Assembly (NCBI GenBank): GCA_964396385.1 | Contig: CAYNFH010000005.1 | Span: forward strand, 1 to 63,590 | Direction of reading: 5' to 3' | DNA: 63,590 nucleotides | From: an uncultured Chthonomonadaceae bacterium | Lineage (GTDB): Bacteria > Armatimonadota > Chthonomonadetes > Chthonomonadales > CAJBBX01 | Part shown: piece after piece, positions 26,179 through 36,049 of the stretch | How positions within the stretch are numbered: the first letter of the stretch is position 1 | Layout: each line of letters begins with the position of its first letter | Made by a program: the position numbers and the translations under genes | Notes under the pieces: generated by a model | The model's input: the letters and a program-made list of their open reading frames with translations, nothing else | Told to the model about the DNA's origin: nothing | The model's database searches: none

Positions 26179-27546
26179 TTATTTCCTCTTGGCTGGAGCG
26201 GGCGGGAGCAGGGCGCCGGTGGCGTAGCGCAGCGCAGCCTGCGCGGTCAGCGTATCGGACCGGAGACGCGTATTGGCGGTCTGGGCCTCCATCAGGGCAG
26301 CCAGAGACTGCTGTACCTCCAGGATGCTGCCCAGGCCGGTCCGGTACCGCTCCGCCGCAAGACTTGCGCTATCCTGCGCCTGCCGGACCTGCTCTTCCAC
26401 CGCCCGCTGCCCCTCCTGGAGCGCCGTGAGCGTCTGCCGGGCGCGGATCACCTGGAGCCGGATGCTCTGGGCCGTCTCCTCGCTGGATGCGCGCAGGGCC
26501 GCTGCCCGGTGGCGCGCCGCGTCCGCCTCGGCCTGTACCTGCCCTCCCGTGTAGACCGGAAGCGTCAGGCCCACACCCGCGGCATAGGTGTGGTTCTGTC
26601 CGAACTCGCCCGCGGCCACGTTGTCGTAGCCGCCGCTGGCGAAGCCGCGCAGCAGCGGCATTCCCTCCGCCCGCGCCGCACGGGCAGATTCCTCCGCCGC
26701 GCGAACCTGGTCCTCGATCGCCTGAAGCTCGGGCCGCTGCCGGAGGGCCGCCGCCACGTCCTGCTCCGGCGAGGCTGGCGGCGGAGCGGCCTCTGCGGGC
26801 GGTAAGGACGGTTCGACCAGCGTGTAGAGGGCCGGTCCGGTTGGCATGCCCATGGCCGCGTTGAGCTCGGCAAATGCCTGGTCACGGCCATTGCTCGCGT
26901 TGACGAGGGCGAGCTGCGCCTCCGCGAGCGCGGCTCGCGCCAATCCCACATCTACGCGCGAGGTGAGGCCGGCGTCGAACCGCGCCTGCGCCTGCCTCAC
27001 GGTGGTCTCCCGCGCGGCGACGGTCTGCTCGGCGAGGCGCACCTGGTGCCCCGCCAGTAGCGCGCCGCCAAAGGCCTGATAGACGTTGAGCGCTACCAGT
27101 GAGCGCTGGGCCTGCTCGTCCAGCGCGGCGGAATCGGCCAGCAGCCTCTGGGACCGCACGCGGTGGAGCGTCCGGCCGAAGTCCGCGATGATCTGGCTGA
27201 GGACGAGGTCTGCGCCGTAGTTGCGCGTATTCGTGGAGTTAGCGAGTCCCGCGAAGCCGAAGCCGGGGGCGGCGGGTGGACCATCCTTTCCTACCGCCTC
27301 CAGCGTGAGCCGCGGCCGGAACCCGCTGGCCACCGACTGCTCGCGCGCCTCCGCCGCCAGGCGCGCCTCGTCCAGCCGTATCAGGCTCGGATGGCGCCGC
27401 AGCGCCGTGGCGACCGCCTGCTCCAGGGAGAGGGCCGGTGGGGCCTGCGGTCCCGGCGCCTGCCCGGCCGCCGGAACGCCGAGCGGAACGAAGAGCAGGC
27501 AGAATCCGACATCCAACCAGCGGCCGTTCCCAGTGCGATAGTTCAA
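26179..27546 (-). CDS. TolC-family outer membrane factor, operon 1
   Basis: LSLEQAVATALRRHPSLIRLDEARLAAE... with two TolC repeats. The track ORF start (27945) overlaps the anti-sigma gene and has no internal ATG. I propose TTG 27546 (MNYRTGNGRWLDVGFCLLFVPLGVPAAGQA) or TTG 27603. Confidence 0.75.
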   Translation of the reverse strand: MNYRTGNGRWLDVGFCLLFVPLGVPAAGQAPGPQAPPALSLEQAVATALRRHPSLIRLDEARLAAEAREQSVASGFRPRLTLEAVGKDGPPAAPGFGFAGLANSTNTRNYGADLVLSQIIADFGRTLHRVRSQRLLADSAALDEQAQRSLVALNVYQAFGGALLAGHQVRLAEQTVAARETTVRQAQARFDAGLTSRVDVGLARAALAEAQLALVNASNGRDQAFAELNAAMGMPTGPALYTLVEPSLPPAEAAPPPASPEQDVAAALRQRPELQAIEDQVRAAEESARAARAEGMPLLRGFASGGYDNVAAGEFGQNHTYAAGVGLTLPVYTGGQVQAEADAARHRAAALRASSEETAQSIRLQVIRARQTLTALQEGQRAVEEQVRQAQDSASLAAERYRTGLGSILEVQQSLAALMEAQTANTRLRSDTLTAQAALRYATGALLPPAPAKRK

Positions 27547-27622
27547 CTCTTGTGGGAGCCGCCTTTCTGCTTCTTGGCTAGCGCGGCGGCCTTTCTTGTG
27601 CAAATGGCGGAGCAACGCGCGG

Positions 27623-28471
27623 CTAAAGGACGTCACCCGCGCCCTCCTGATTGGAGCCGCCGGACACATGCATCGCCATCTCCAGCAGACGGTCGGCCGG
27701 AAGCACTGACACGATGGCATACACGCGGTCTCCCGCGCGCCACGCCTCCACATTGCAGCGGCCGTCCGTGCCGCGCAGGAATCGGCGGCCCTCACGCGTC
27801 TCCGCCGCCATCCCCGGCAGCCGACACCGCGGCGCGCGCAGCTCGTAAACGGACACCGGCTTCCCCTGCGCCTGGTACATGAAGAAGGCGATCGGCTGCC
27901 CGTCCAGCGAACAGCGGCGTCCGCCGAGCAGGTTCGCCCCTGCAAGCGAGAGGTCTACAGGAGCTACCGTGAATCCAAGCTGCGGGGTGAGCCGGGCAGC
28001 GACCTGCCGGGCGTCGGCGCTCCTCACCGTGACCCGGCCGGGATCCTCGACGAACTCCTGGTGGTCCTGGATCATCGAGCGGACATTGAGCGCCACCGTG
28101 ACGGAATGCGGACCAGGCCGGCGGCTCCAGACTGCGACGGCGAGCAGCGCCGCAACTCCCACGACGAGAGCCGCGCGAAGGAACGGCGCCCGGCCCCAGA
28201 CCGTGGCCCGCGCCGTTCCAAAGAGGTGGGAGCGAGACTCGTCGTGCCGGATGGCGGCGACTAGTTCTCCTGGAAGGGAAGCATCTGCTGGAGAATTCAT
28301 GGGCTGAAGGGCCCAGTGAACGGCGTCCGCCACCCACAGCAACGGCACACAGTCCGGCGCGTCTGTCTCGGTCCATGTGATAGGGTCGCTGGCCGCAGGC
28401 TCATCCGCCTGCTTCAGCTTTTCGATATATCTCCAGAGCAGCTCATCTGCCCCGTTCTCATGCTCTTCCAT
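27623..28471 (-). CDS. putative anti-sigma factor (single-pass membrane protein)
   Basis: Starts 4 nt downstream of the ECF sigma gene. Cytoplasmic N-terminus, TM segment FLRAALVVGVAALLAVAVW, periplasmic C-terminal domain. I saw no HxxxCxxC zinc motif. Confidence 0.6.
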   Translation of the reverse strand: MEEHENGADELLWRYIEKLKQADEPAASDPITWTETDAPDCVPLLWVADAVHWALQPMNSPADASLPGELVAAIRHDESRSHLFGTARATVWGRAPFLRAALVVGVAALLAVAVWSRRPGPHSVTVALNVRSMIQDHQEFVEDPGRVTVRSADARQVAARLTPQLGFTVAPVDLSLAGANLLGGRRCSLDGQPIAFFMYQAQGKPVSVYELRAPRCRLPGMAAETREGRRFLRGTDGRCNVEAWRAGDRVYAIVSVLPADRLLEMAMHVSGGSNQEGAGDVL

Positions 28472-28475
28472 GGTC

Positions 28476-29129
28476 CTACTCTTGCCGCATCTCCCGCACC
28501 TCGGCGAAGTATCCCTGCTCTTCGAGGACTTGTTTCAGCCTGGTCATCGCCCGGTGGAGCTGCGTCGTAACGGCGCTCACGCTCGGCTTTCCCAGAATCT
28601 GCATGATATCACGCCGGGAGAGGTCCTTCTCAAAAGCGAGGCGGATGATCTCCTGATCGTCCGGGGATAGCTCCTCCAGAGCTGCGCGCACCATGCGGTT
28701 GCGCTCTTCGTCTAGTATTCCCGCTAAAGGGGCCGGGGTTAGGTCTTCCACAAGCAGTGCCCCGACGGCCGCTTCGTCCTCCATTGAGACAGTCCTAGAC
28801 GCTCTGATGCGGTCCAGCTCGTTGAAGATGAGCCGGCGGCAGATAAGGAACAGGTAACCGGCAAAGCTCAGGCGCTCTCCGGTCCGGAACGCCTCTATGC
28901 TGCGGTACGCGCGAAGGAATGTCTCCGAAGCGATGTCTCGCGCCAGTTCCGCGCTGCGGAGCTGGCGGCGTGCATACGACTCGATGCGCCGGTGATGGCG
29001 CCGGTATAGCTCCAGGAACCGCTCCCGGTCGCCGCGCCTCACCTGCTCTATGATCTGGTCGTCCGTCAGTTCCAATCGAGAGCACTCCCGGAGGTGTCTA
29101 CAGGCGAGACCCGGAAGTGTCACAGTCAC
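28476..29129 (-). CDS. ECF-type RNA polymerase sigma-70 family factor
   Basis: IIEQVRRGDRERFLELYRRHHRRIESYARRQL (region 2) and C-terminal LSRRDIMQILGKPSVSAVTTQLHRAMTRLKQVL (region 4 HTH). GTG start. Confidence 0.85.
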   Translation of the reverse strand: MTVTLPGLACRHLRECSRLELTDDQIIEQVRRGDRERFLELYRRHHRRIESYARRQLRSAELARDIASETFLRAYRSIEAFRTGERLSFAGYLFLICRRLIFNELDRIRASRTVSMEDEAAVGALLVEDLTPAPLAGILDEERNRMVRAALEELSPDDQEIIRLAFEKDLSRRDIMQILGKPSVSAVTTQLHRAMTRLKQVLEEQGYFAEVREMRQE

Positions 29130-29198
29130 CGGGAACAGCGGTGGGCACCGTCCCCGGCAACCTCGTCCCCAGCCTCTGGAATCCCCGAGTAGCGGGCC

Positions 29199-29236
29199 TT
29201 AACTCATGGTTAACAATCCCTTAACCTTTGCTTAAC
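29199..29236. promoter_or_regulatory. four TTAAC motifs at exact 11-bp spacing in the divergent ECF-operon / SLH-porin promoter region
   Basis: TTAAC starts at 29199, 29210, 29221 and 29232 (CCTTAACTCATGGTTAACAATCCCTTAACCTTTGCTTAACCTGC). Helical phasing is typical of direct-repeat sites for winged-helix response regulators. Confidence 0.5.
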
Positions 29237-29355
29237 CTGCGGTCGATACACTCAAGCCACCGAACGTTCATAACAGGCGGATTCAGCATAATTGCGCCAC
29301 TCTGCAGCTCTCGGCAGCCTGCATCCGTATCCCGCCTAATCGAGAGGAGATCGCT

Positions 29356-31083
29356 TTGCCGCTTTCCAGCAGGATACACACCCGAACCATCAGCGTGTTT
29401 CTCGCCTCAATCGCCCTCGCCTTACCTGCGTGGGGACAGGTGGCCCAGGACGTTCCACGTGACCACTGGGCCTACCAGGCGGTGCAGGACCTCGCCGGCA
29501 GGGGGATCATCAAGGGATATCCGCCGGACGGCAACTTCTTCGGCACGCGGACGGTCACCCGCTACGAGATGGCCGCCATCATCCAGCGCGTGCTGGCCAC
29601 CATCGACGATCAGTACGCCAAGAAGACCTCCATCCCGCCGCCAGGTGTGGGCCCTGCGCAGCTCGACGAGATCCGCCGGCTGGTGGATGAGTTCAAGGTC
29701 CAGCTCACCGTCATCGGGACGGACATGGAGAAGGTGCAGCAGGAGCTAGCATCCCTGCGCACAGACGTAGACGCCCTCAAGGGGCAGGTAGCGCAGCAGA
29801 ATCAGGAGATTGCAGGCATACGGCGGGGCGTTCAGGGCGCCATCGACGCCACCAAGGAGCAGGCCGGCCGCATCGACACGATCAACAAGACCCTGAACTC
29901 CCACAAGATCAGCGGTTACATCCAGGCTCAGTTCCAAGCGTTCGACACGGGCCGGACGAGCCTGTTTACCCCCACAGCCTCCGGCGGGACCGGCAACACG
30001 CCAACCAATGGAGGTGCGGCCGTCGGCGGACCCTGGTACGGATTCTTGACCCGCGAGACCCGGCTAAAGGTTGCCGGACCTATCGGCGCTACGGGGCGCG
30101 CCGACTATGGATTCCAGATCGACGCGTCGACATTCAAAGCGGTGAGCACTAAAGAAGCGTATGTAAACGTCACCAATCTGCCGGCCAAGAATCTCACGGT
30201 AACCGCGGGACAATTCGCCTTGCCCTTTGGTTACGAGCTACCGGTGTCTTCCTCTGTTCGTGAGTCCATCGAGCGGTCGATGGGCTTCGCAAACTCGGGC
30301 TCTTCCTTCGCCATATTCAAGTCCTCCCAGTCCGCCGTTGGTGGCGTGGTGACGCCTGGTTCGGTGACATCCCCGTTCATCAACCAGGACTACGACATTG
30401 GGGCGATGTTGACGTTCGCACCGCGCGGGTTTACCATGCCAGGCGCGATCGGGACCAAGTTCACCATCGCGGCATTGAACGGCCTTGGTACGCCGGTAGG
30501 CGGCACTCGGAACCTGAAGAACGGGATCGACTGGGTTGGACGGGCGCAAACTACGCTGTTCAAGGGAAGGCTTGATGCCGGAGTATCTGGATACTATGGA
30601 CAAATTCCCGTTAGGAGCGCCGCGCCTGGGGCCGGCGGGACGGTAGCTCCATTCGCGCTCGGACTCAAAGAGCTGGCGGGTGTCGACCTCAACTACCGCA
30701 CTCCCTGGAAGACCCTTCTTCGCGCTGAGTATGTTGGGGGGGTGTATGAGGTAACCCCGGACCGAGCGCTCTTCCTGGAGAACAACCACATGCAGGCGTG
30801 GTATGTGGCGGTGCGACACCCGCTCACGCATAAGCTGGAGCTGGGCCTCAAGTACGAGGAGTTCATGCCTATCTCGCAGGCGGGCAAGACGGCCGGCGGC
30901 CTCAGCCGGATGGAGCTGATCCGGAAAGCGGCCCACATCGGATTCCTCTACTATCTGGACGACGCGACCCGCTTCCGGCTCTGGTACGAGAAGGGGCTGA
31001 CCCCGTTCGATCCGTCGGCCGCCTCCGGCCCGCTCCGCAGCCGCCTGGGTTTCCTCACCGGAGAAGTGCAAGTTAGGTATTAG
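29356..31083 (+). CDS. SLH-domain outer-membrane porin (OmpM/Slp-type OM-peptidoglycan tether)
   Basis: Signal peptide, SLH domain VPRDHWAYQAVQDLAGRGIIKGYPPDGNFFGTRTVTRYEMAAIIQRVL, a coiled coil (DEIRRLVDEFKVQLTVIGTDMEKVQQELASLRTDVDALKGQVAQQNQEIAG), then a Gly/aromatic-rich beta-barrel ending in VQVRY. TTG start. Confidence 0.8.
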   Translation: MPLSSRIHTRTISVFLASIALALPAWGQVAQDVPRDHWAYQAVQDLAGRGIIKGYPPDGNFFGTRTVTRYEMAAIIQRVLATIDDQYAKKTSIPPPGVGPAQLDEIRRLVDEFKVQLTVIGTDMEKVQQELASLRTDVDALKGQVAQQNQEIAGIRRGVQGAIDATKEQAGRIDTINKTLNSHKISGYIQAQFQAFDTGRTSLFTPTASGGTGNTPTNGGAAVGGPWYGFLTRETRLKVAGPIGATGRADYGFQIDASTFKAVSTKEAYVNVTNLPAKNLTVTAGQFALPFGYELPVSSSVRESIERSMGFANSGSSFAIFKSSQSAVGGVVTPGSVTSPFINQDYDIGAMLTFAPRGFTMPGAIGTKFTIAALNGLGTPVGGTRNLKNGIDWVGRAQTTLFKGRLDAGVSGYYGQIPVRSAAPGAGGTVAPFALGLKELAGVDLNYRTPWKTLLRAEYVGGVYEVTPDRALFLENNHMQAWYVAVRHPLTHKLELGLKYEEFMPISQAGKTAGGLSRMELIRKAAHIGFLYYLDDATRFRLWYEKGLTPFDPSAASGPLRSRLGFLTGEVQVRY

Positions 31084-31141
31084 GTGATGGGTGATAGGTG
31101 ATGCGTGAGGGCTCCGGGCCTATCACCTATCACCCATCACC
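31083..31141. repeat. heptamer-array palindromic element GGTGATG GGTGATA GGTGATG / 17-nt loop / TATCACC TATCACC CATCACC
   Basis: A 21-bp stem with one mismatch (31083-31103 with 31121-31141). It lies between convergent genes. It contains the porin stop codon region and the last codons KVMGDR-stop of the MFP gene. Confidence 0.85.
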
Positions 31142-32775
31142 TTCTGCTTCGGTTTCCAGGCGCTCGTCGTTACCGCCGCGCCGGGGGAGACGGCGTCCCG
31201 GCCGGTGACGATCACCTCCTCGTTCCCGTGCAGGCCGGAGGTGATCTCGGTCCACTTGCCGTCGTCGAAGCCGGTGGTCACCGGGACCCGCTTCACCTTG
31301 CCGCCTTCTACCGTGAAGACGGACTTGCCGGACTTCTCCACGCCTACCGCCGGGGAGGGAACCGCGATCACCCCGGGATGGTTCTCGAGCGCCACCTTCG
31401 CGACCACGTAGCCGCCGGGAAGCAACCGGTGATCGGCGTTCGGCAGGTCTACTTCGGCCAACAGCGTACGCGTCTTGGGATCCAGGGATGATGAGGTGCG
31501 GGTGATAGACGCGCGGATGGGAGAGTCCGGCTGGGAGAGCGCCGTGAGCGTGACTGGGGTGCCGGGAACAGCCCGGTCCGCCTCCGACTCCGGGACGTGG
31601 ATGTAGACCCGCACGGTGTCCAGGTCCGCCACCGTGACGACCGGCTCCGCGCTCTGGGTGCCGGCGGCGGTCTGGATGAAAGCTCCACGGTCCACGAACC
31701 TTCGGGTCACGGTGCCTGAGAAGGGCGCCTGCAGCCGCGCGTAGGAAGCAAGCACGGTGGAGCGGCCGGCCGCGCTCCGCTGCGCCTCGGCCTGAAGGCG
31801 CGCCTGCTCCGTCTGCGCCGCGACCACCTCACGCTGTCTGCCGCTCACGGCAACGTCGCGGGACGCCATCTCCACCTGCTTGCGCAGCGAGGCCATCTTC
31901 GCCCTGGCGACGGCCACCTCCTGGCGGGTTGCCGCCGCGGATGCCTGCTCCTCCTCGATCTGCCGGTCCGCGGCGCTCACCTGCGCCTGCGCCGCCACGA
32001 CTCGCTTGCGCGCCGCTTCTGCCTCGCTCCGGGCCGCCTGCGTCTTCCCGCGCGCCGCCTCGGCCCGGCTCTCCGCCTCGTCCACCTGCTGGCGGGCTAT
32101 CAGCTTGCTGTCCTTCTGGTACACTCCTCGGTAGCGGTCCGCGGTCACCTCCGCCAGCTTCTGGTCCGCCTGAGCGGCCTGGACCCCGGCTTCCGCCTGC
32201 GTGACCTGTGCGCGGCTCTCCTCCAGCGCCGCCTCCGCCTGCGCCTTGAGCGCCTGCGCCCGTTTTACGGCACCCTCCGCGTGAAGCGCCTGCGCCCGCG
32301 CCGCGGCGACCTCCGCCGGTCCCTGCGCGTAGTCCAGGCGCGCTTTCTCCGCCGCCGCCCGCGCCCGGCGCTCCTCTTCCGCGCTCATGCGCCCGGATGC
32401 GGCATTGGCCTGCGCCGCCTGTGCCGCCGACCGGTACGCGTCCTCCGCCTGTCGCACGTCGGCCGCAAGCTCCGGCGCGCGGATCACCGCCAGGACCTGT
32501 CCGGCCCGCACCCGGTCGCCCTTGTCCACGTAGATGCTGTCCAGGTAGCCGGCCTGCTTGGAGAAGAGGGTGGCCTCCTGCAGTGGGGCGATGTCGCCCG
32601 GCAGGCTGATGAGCCTCGGTACGTCCCGCCGCACGAGGTGCGTGGTCTGCACCGCGACCGGCGGCGCGGCCTGCCCCTGCGGCGTCTGGCCCGCTTCCAC
32701 CCCCGTACCCTTACACCCGCAGAGCAGGACGGCCAGGGGAGGCAGAAGAGCAGTTAGATGGACCCGTCTGATCAT
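31123..32775 (-). CDS. efflux RND periplasmic adaptor (MFP) lipoprotein, operon 2
   Basis: Lipobox LLCGC, long coiled coil, and C-terminal VFTVEGGKVKRVPVTTGF. Paralogous in architecture to 21419..23032. Confidence 0.85.
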   Translation of the reverse strand: MIRRVHLTALLPPLAVLLCGCKGTGVEAGQTPQGQAAPPVAVQTTHLVRRDVPRLISLPGDIAPLQEATLFSKQAGYLDSIYVDKGDRVRAGQVLAVIRAPELAADVRQAEDAYRSAAQAAQANAASGRMSAEEERRARAAAEKARLDYAQGPAEVAAARAQALHAEGAVKRAQALKAQAEAALEESRAQVTQAEAGVQAAQADQKLAEVTADRYRGVYQKDSKLIARQQVDEAESRAEAARGKTQAARSEAEAARKRVVAAQAQVSAADRQIEEEQASAAATRQEVAVARAKMASLRKQVEMASRDVAVSGRQREVVAAQTEQARLQAEAQRSAAGRSTVLASYARLQAPFSGTVTRRFVDRGAFIQTAAGTQSAEPVVTVADLDTVRVYIHVPESEADRAVPGTPVTLTALSQPDSPIRASITRTSSSLDPKTRTLLAEVDLPNADHRLLPGGYVVAKVALENHPGVIAVPSPAVGVEKSGKSVFTVEGGKVKRVPVTTGFDDGKWTEITSGLHGNEEVIVTGRDAVSPGAAVTTSAWKPKQKVMGDR

Positions 32776-32827
32776 GAGCGTTCTCTTGTTCTCGGTATTC
32801 TGACGCAGGGCCGCCCCTCCACAAATC

Positions 32828-32872
32828 CATCGTCGGTCCTCCGTCTCCCGTCATCAGGAGTCATCCGGATGC
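32828..32872. repeat. CCGTC-heptamer half element ending in 10-bp palindrome CATCCGGATG
   Basis: CATCGTCGGTCCTCCGTCTCCCGTCATCAGGAGTCATCCGGATG. It overlaps the RND2 stop codon (32854..32856) and encodes the C-terminus HPDDS-stop. Confidence 0.7.
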
Positions 32873-35800
32873 AGGGAGGCGGTGCCGATCCCGGAACGGG
32901 CCTGCACCAGAGTGAACACGGACGGCAGCAGCGCAAGGGTCGCCAGCGTCGCGGCCAGCAATCCGCCCTCCACTGCGCGGCCCAGCGGCGCGGTCTGCGC
33001 GCCCGCCTCGCCGAAGCCCAGTGCCATCGGCAGCATGCCGGCCATCATGGCCAGGCTCGTCATCAGAATGGGCCGCAGACGGCTGCGCGCCCCCTCCACG
33101 GCCGCATCCTCCGCCGGCATGCCGCCCAGCCGGCTGCGCTCCGCGAACGTCACCAACAGAATGGCATTTGCGACGGCCACTCCAATCGCCATGATAGCCC
33201 CGATGAAGGACTGGACGTTCAGCGTGGTTCCTGTGATCCACAGCGCCAGCACCACGCCTGCCGCCACGGCCGGCACGGACGAGACCACCACCAGTGCCAG
33301 CCGGATGGACTGGAAGTTCGCCGCCAGGACCAGGAAGACTACCACCACCGCCAGCAAGAAACCGGTGCGGAGCCCGTCCATCATGTCCACCATGCCGGGA
33401 ATCTGGCCGCGGATGGCCACGCTTACCTTCGCCGGCGGTAGGCCAGCGCGCGCCACGGCCTGGCTGACGCGTCCCGCCGTCCGGCCCAGGTCCTCGCCCG
33501 CGATGTTCGCATTGATGGTCACTAGCCGCTGCATGTTGTAGCGGTCGTACTCGCCCACCATAGCTCCCGGCGTCACGTCCGCCACGTCCCGCAAGAGCGC
33601 GGTTGCGCCCCCGTGGCCGGTCACGGGCACGTTCCGGATCTGCTCCACGGACGTCATCTTCTGGAGCGGGATGTCCACCTGCACCTGGTAGGCGATGCCG
33701 CTCTTGGGGTCGGCCCAGTAGTTGGGCGCGGTGAACCGGCTGGAGGAGGTGGCGACCGCAGCGGAACGCGCCACGTCCGCCGTGGTCAGCCCGAGGACAC
33801 CGGCGCGCTCCCGGTCCACGTTCACCGCCAGCGTGGGATAGTCCAACGACTGGCCAAAGTGGATGTCGCGCAGGGAGGGGATCCGCTCCATCTCCACGCG
33901 CACTTTGTCCGCGAACGCCTGATTGGCCGGGAGGCTGGGGCCGCTCACCGCGACCTCTACCGGAGTCGGCGAGCCGAAGCTCATTACGCGGCTCACGATG
34001 TCGGCGGGCTCGAAGGAGAACTGTACGTCCGGCATCCGATCCGACAGCGTCCTCCGGAGCCTCTCCTTGAGCGCGTCTATGGCGACCGGCGCGCCCTGCT
34101 TGAGCTGCACCTGGAGCACAGCCTCCTCCGGCCCGCCTGTCCAGAGGTGTATGGTGTTGACCGGATAGGCCGGTGGCTGCGTGCCTACGAAGCCGATGGA
34201 GATGTCCACGTTCTTCGCGCCCGCTTCCTGCTGGATAGCGGCGAGCGTCTGGTCTGCCAGCTCCTCCGTGCGCTCGATGCGTGTGCCGGCGGGCGCGCGG
34301 AGGCGCACCTGGAGCTGGCCGGCGTCCACCCGTGGGAAGATCTCCGTGCCGAGCTGCCGGCCGAGGACCAGCAGGACCAACACGGCGGCGACCGCGTAGG
34401 CCGCCAGGAGCGGCGCGCGGACCGCGATGAGCCGCCGCGACCATCCGGCGTACCGCGCTCGGAGCCTGTCCATGCCGCTCTCCCGCGCCTCCGCGTGCCG
34501 GCCCCTGCGCAACAGCCAGGCGGTCGCCACCGGCACAAAGGTGCTGGAAAGCAGGTAGGAGGCGATCATGGAGAAGCCCACGGCCAGGGAGAGCGGCAGG
34601 AACAGCGCGCGCAGAGCACCCGCCATGAACAGCGCCGGGGTGAAAACCGCCAGCACGCACAGCATGGCCAGCAGCCGCGGCACGGCCGTCTCCGCCGTCG
34701 CGTCCAGCGCGGAGCGCGCCAGGGGCTGCCCGCCCGCCAGGTGCGTGTGGATATTCTCGATGGTGACCGTCGCCTCGTCCACCAGGATGCCGACCGCCAG
34801 CGCAAGGCCGCCCAGCGTCATGATGTTGATGGTCTGTTTGGTGAGCCAAAGCGCGAGCACTGCCGCCAGGATGGCCAGCGGGATGTTCAGCACCACGATG
34901 AGCGCGCTGCGCGGATCCCGCAGGAAAAGGAGCACCATGAGACCGGTGAGGACCGCCCCAAGCAGCCCCTCGAGCACCAGTCCTGAAATGGCGCGCGTGA
35001 CGTATGGTGACTGGTCGAACTGGTAGCTCACCTTCACGTCGTCCGGCAGCACGCCCTGGAACTTGCCCATGTTCTGCTTCACTAGGTCTACTACGGAGAG
35101 CGTGGAGGCGTCGGAGCGCTTGGTCACCGGGATGAATACAGTGCGCCGGCCGTTCACCAGGGCGTAGCCGGTGGGGATGTCCGAGCTGTCCTCCACCGTT
35201 CCGATGTCCCGCACAAAGACCGTCTGCGTGGATCCGGTGCGGACAGGCACGCTCTCCAGGTCCTTGATGTTGGAGACCGTCGCGTTGGTCGGCACGATCG
35301 GCATGAGGTCCCCAATCCGCACGTTCCCGGAGGGGCTGATGGTGTTTGCCTGGCTGATGGCCTGCACCACCTCGTCCGGGGACATGTTGTAGGCGCGCAG
35401 CCGGTCCGGGTCCGCATGGATGACAATGGTGCGGGCGCTGCCGCCGAAGGGTGGCGGAGCGGAGACTCCGGGCAGAGTGGCGAAGAGCGGCCGGACCCGG
35501 TTGAGCGCCAGGTCCTGAATCTCGGCGACGCTTCGCGTGGGGCTGGAGAATACCAGGTCACCCACCGGGACGCTGCCGGAGTCGAACCGCATGATAAAGG
35601 GAGGCACCGTCCCCGGCGGCATGAAGCTGCGCGCCCGGTTCACGTAGGAGACGGTCTCTGCCATCGCCTGCGACATGTCGGTGCCGGGGTGGAACTGCAG
35701 CTTGATGAGCGCGTTGCCCTGGATGGACTTGCTCTCTACGTGCTCGATGCCCGTGATGTAGAGGAAGTGGTACTCATAGTAGTAGGTGATGAACCCTTCC

Positions 35801-36000
35801 ATCTGCGCCGGGTCCACCCCGCCGTAGGGCTGCGCGACGTAGATGATGGGCAGCCCCAGGACCGGCAGGATGTCCCTCGGCATCTGCCGAACGGCCAGCC
35901 CGGCGCCGAGCGCCACGGCCACCAGGGCCACGAGGACCGTTATAGGACGACGCAGCGCTGCAGAGACGAGACTCAAGAAAGACTCCTGCGGATTTTCCAT
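32854..36000 (-). CDS. RND efflux permease, operon 2
   Basis: 1048 aa, RND topology, [20 protein letters not shown]. The start codon ATG 36000 lies inside repeat 35992..36047. Confidence 0.9.
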   Translation of the reverse strand: MENPQESFLSLVSAALRRPITVLVALVAVALGAGLAVRQMPRDILPVLGLPIIYVAQPYGGVDPAQMEGFITYYYEYHFLYITGIEHVESKSIQGNALIKLQFHPGTDMSQAMAETVSYVNRARSFMPPGTVPPFIMRFDSGSVPVGDLVFSSPTRSVAEIQDLALNRVRPLFATLPGVSAPPPFGGSARTIVIHADPDRLRAYNMSPDEVVQAISQANTISPSGNVRIGDLMPIVPTNATVSNIKDLESVPVRTGSTQTVFVRDIGTVEDSSDIPTGYALVNGRRTVFIPVTKRSDASTLSVVDLVKQNMGKFQGVLPDDVKVSYQFDQSPYVTRAISGLVLEGLLGAVLTGLMVLLFLRDPRSALIVVLNIPLAILAAVLALWLTKQTINIMTLGGLALAVGILVDEATVTIENIHTHLAGGQPLARSALDATAETAVPRLLAMLCVLAVFTPALFMAGALRALFLPLSLAVGFSMIASYLLSSTFVPVATAWLLRRGRHAEARESGMDRLRARYAGWSRRLIAVRAPLLAAYAVAAVLVLLVLGRQLGTEIFPRVDAGQLQVRLRAPAGTRIERTEELADQTLAAIQQEAGAKNVDISIGFVGTQPPAYPVNTIHLWTGGPEEAVLQVQLKQGAPVAIDALKERLRRTLSDRMPDVQFSFEPADIVSRVMSFGSPTPVEVAVSGPSLPANQAFADKVRVEMERIPSLRDIHFGQSLDYPTLAVNVDRERAGVLGLTTADVARSAAVATSSSRFTAPNYWADPKSGIAYQVQVDIPLQKMTSVEQIRNVPVTGHGGATALLRDVADVTPGAMVGEYDRYNMQRLVTINANIAGEDLGRTAGRVSQAVARAGLPPAKVSVAIRGQIPGMVDMMDGLRTGFLLAVVVVFLVLAANFQSIRLALVVVSSVPAVAAGVVLALWITGTTLNVQSFIGAIMAIGVAVANAILLVTFAERSRLGGMPAEDAAVEGARSRLRPILMTSLAMMAGMLPMALGFGEAGAQTAPLGRAVEGGLLAATLATLALLPSVFTLVQARSGIGTASLHPDDS

Positions 36001-36047
36001 TTTCCATTTTCAATTTGCAATTGCCGGAACCGAATTGAGAATCGAAT
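35992..36047. repeat. ATTTTCC-heptamer palindromic element with GCCGGAACCG core
   Basis: ATTTTCC ATTTTCC ATTTTCA ATTTGCA ATTG CCGGAACC GAATTGAGAATCGAAT. It fills the whole 49-nt gap between the tolC-like stop and the RND2 start. Confidence 0.75.
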
Positions 36048-36049
36048 AT

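Noticed and set aside
27547-27945. The N-terminal ~130 aa of track ORF 26179..27945 (TolC-like).
   Set aside because: This part overlaps the anti-sigma gene in another frame and is Arg/Cys/Trp-rich. The TolC-like sequence and its signal peptide begin only after 27546..27603.
31083-31141. Explaining all heptamer-array palindromes simply as Rho-independent terminators.
   Set aside because: Several copies do sit between convergent genes and may terminate transcription, but none is followed by a clear U-tract. One lies between divergent starts (44340..44422). One is inside a CDS (47094..47157). Several lie inside probable operons (9013..9062 and 35992..36047).
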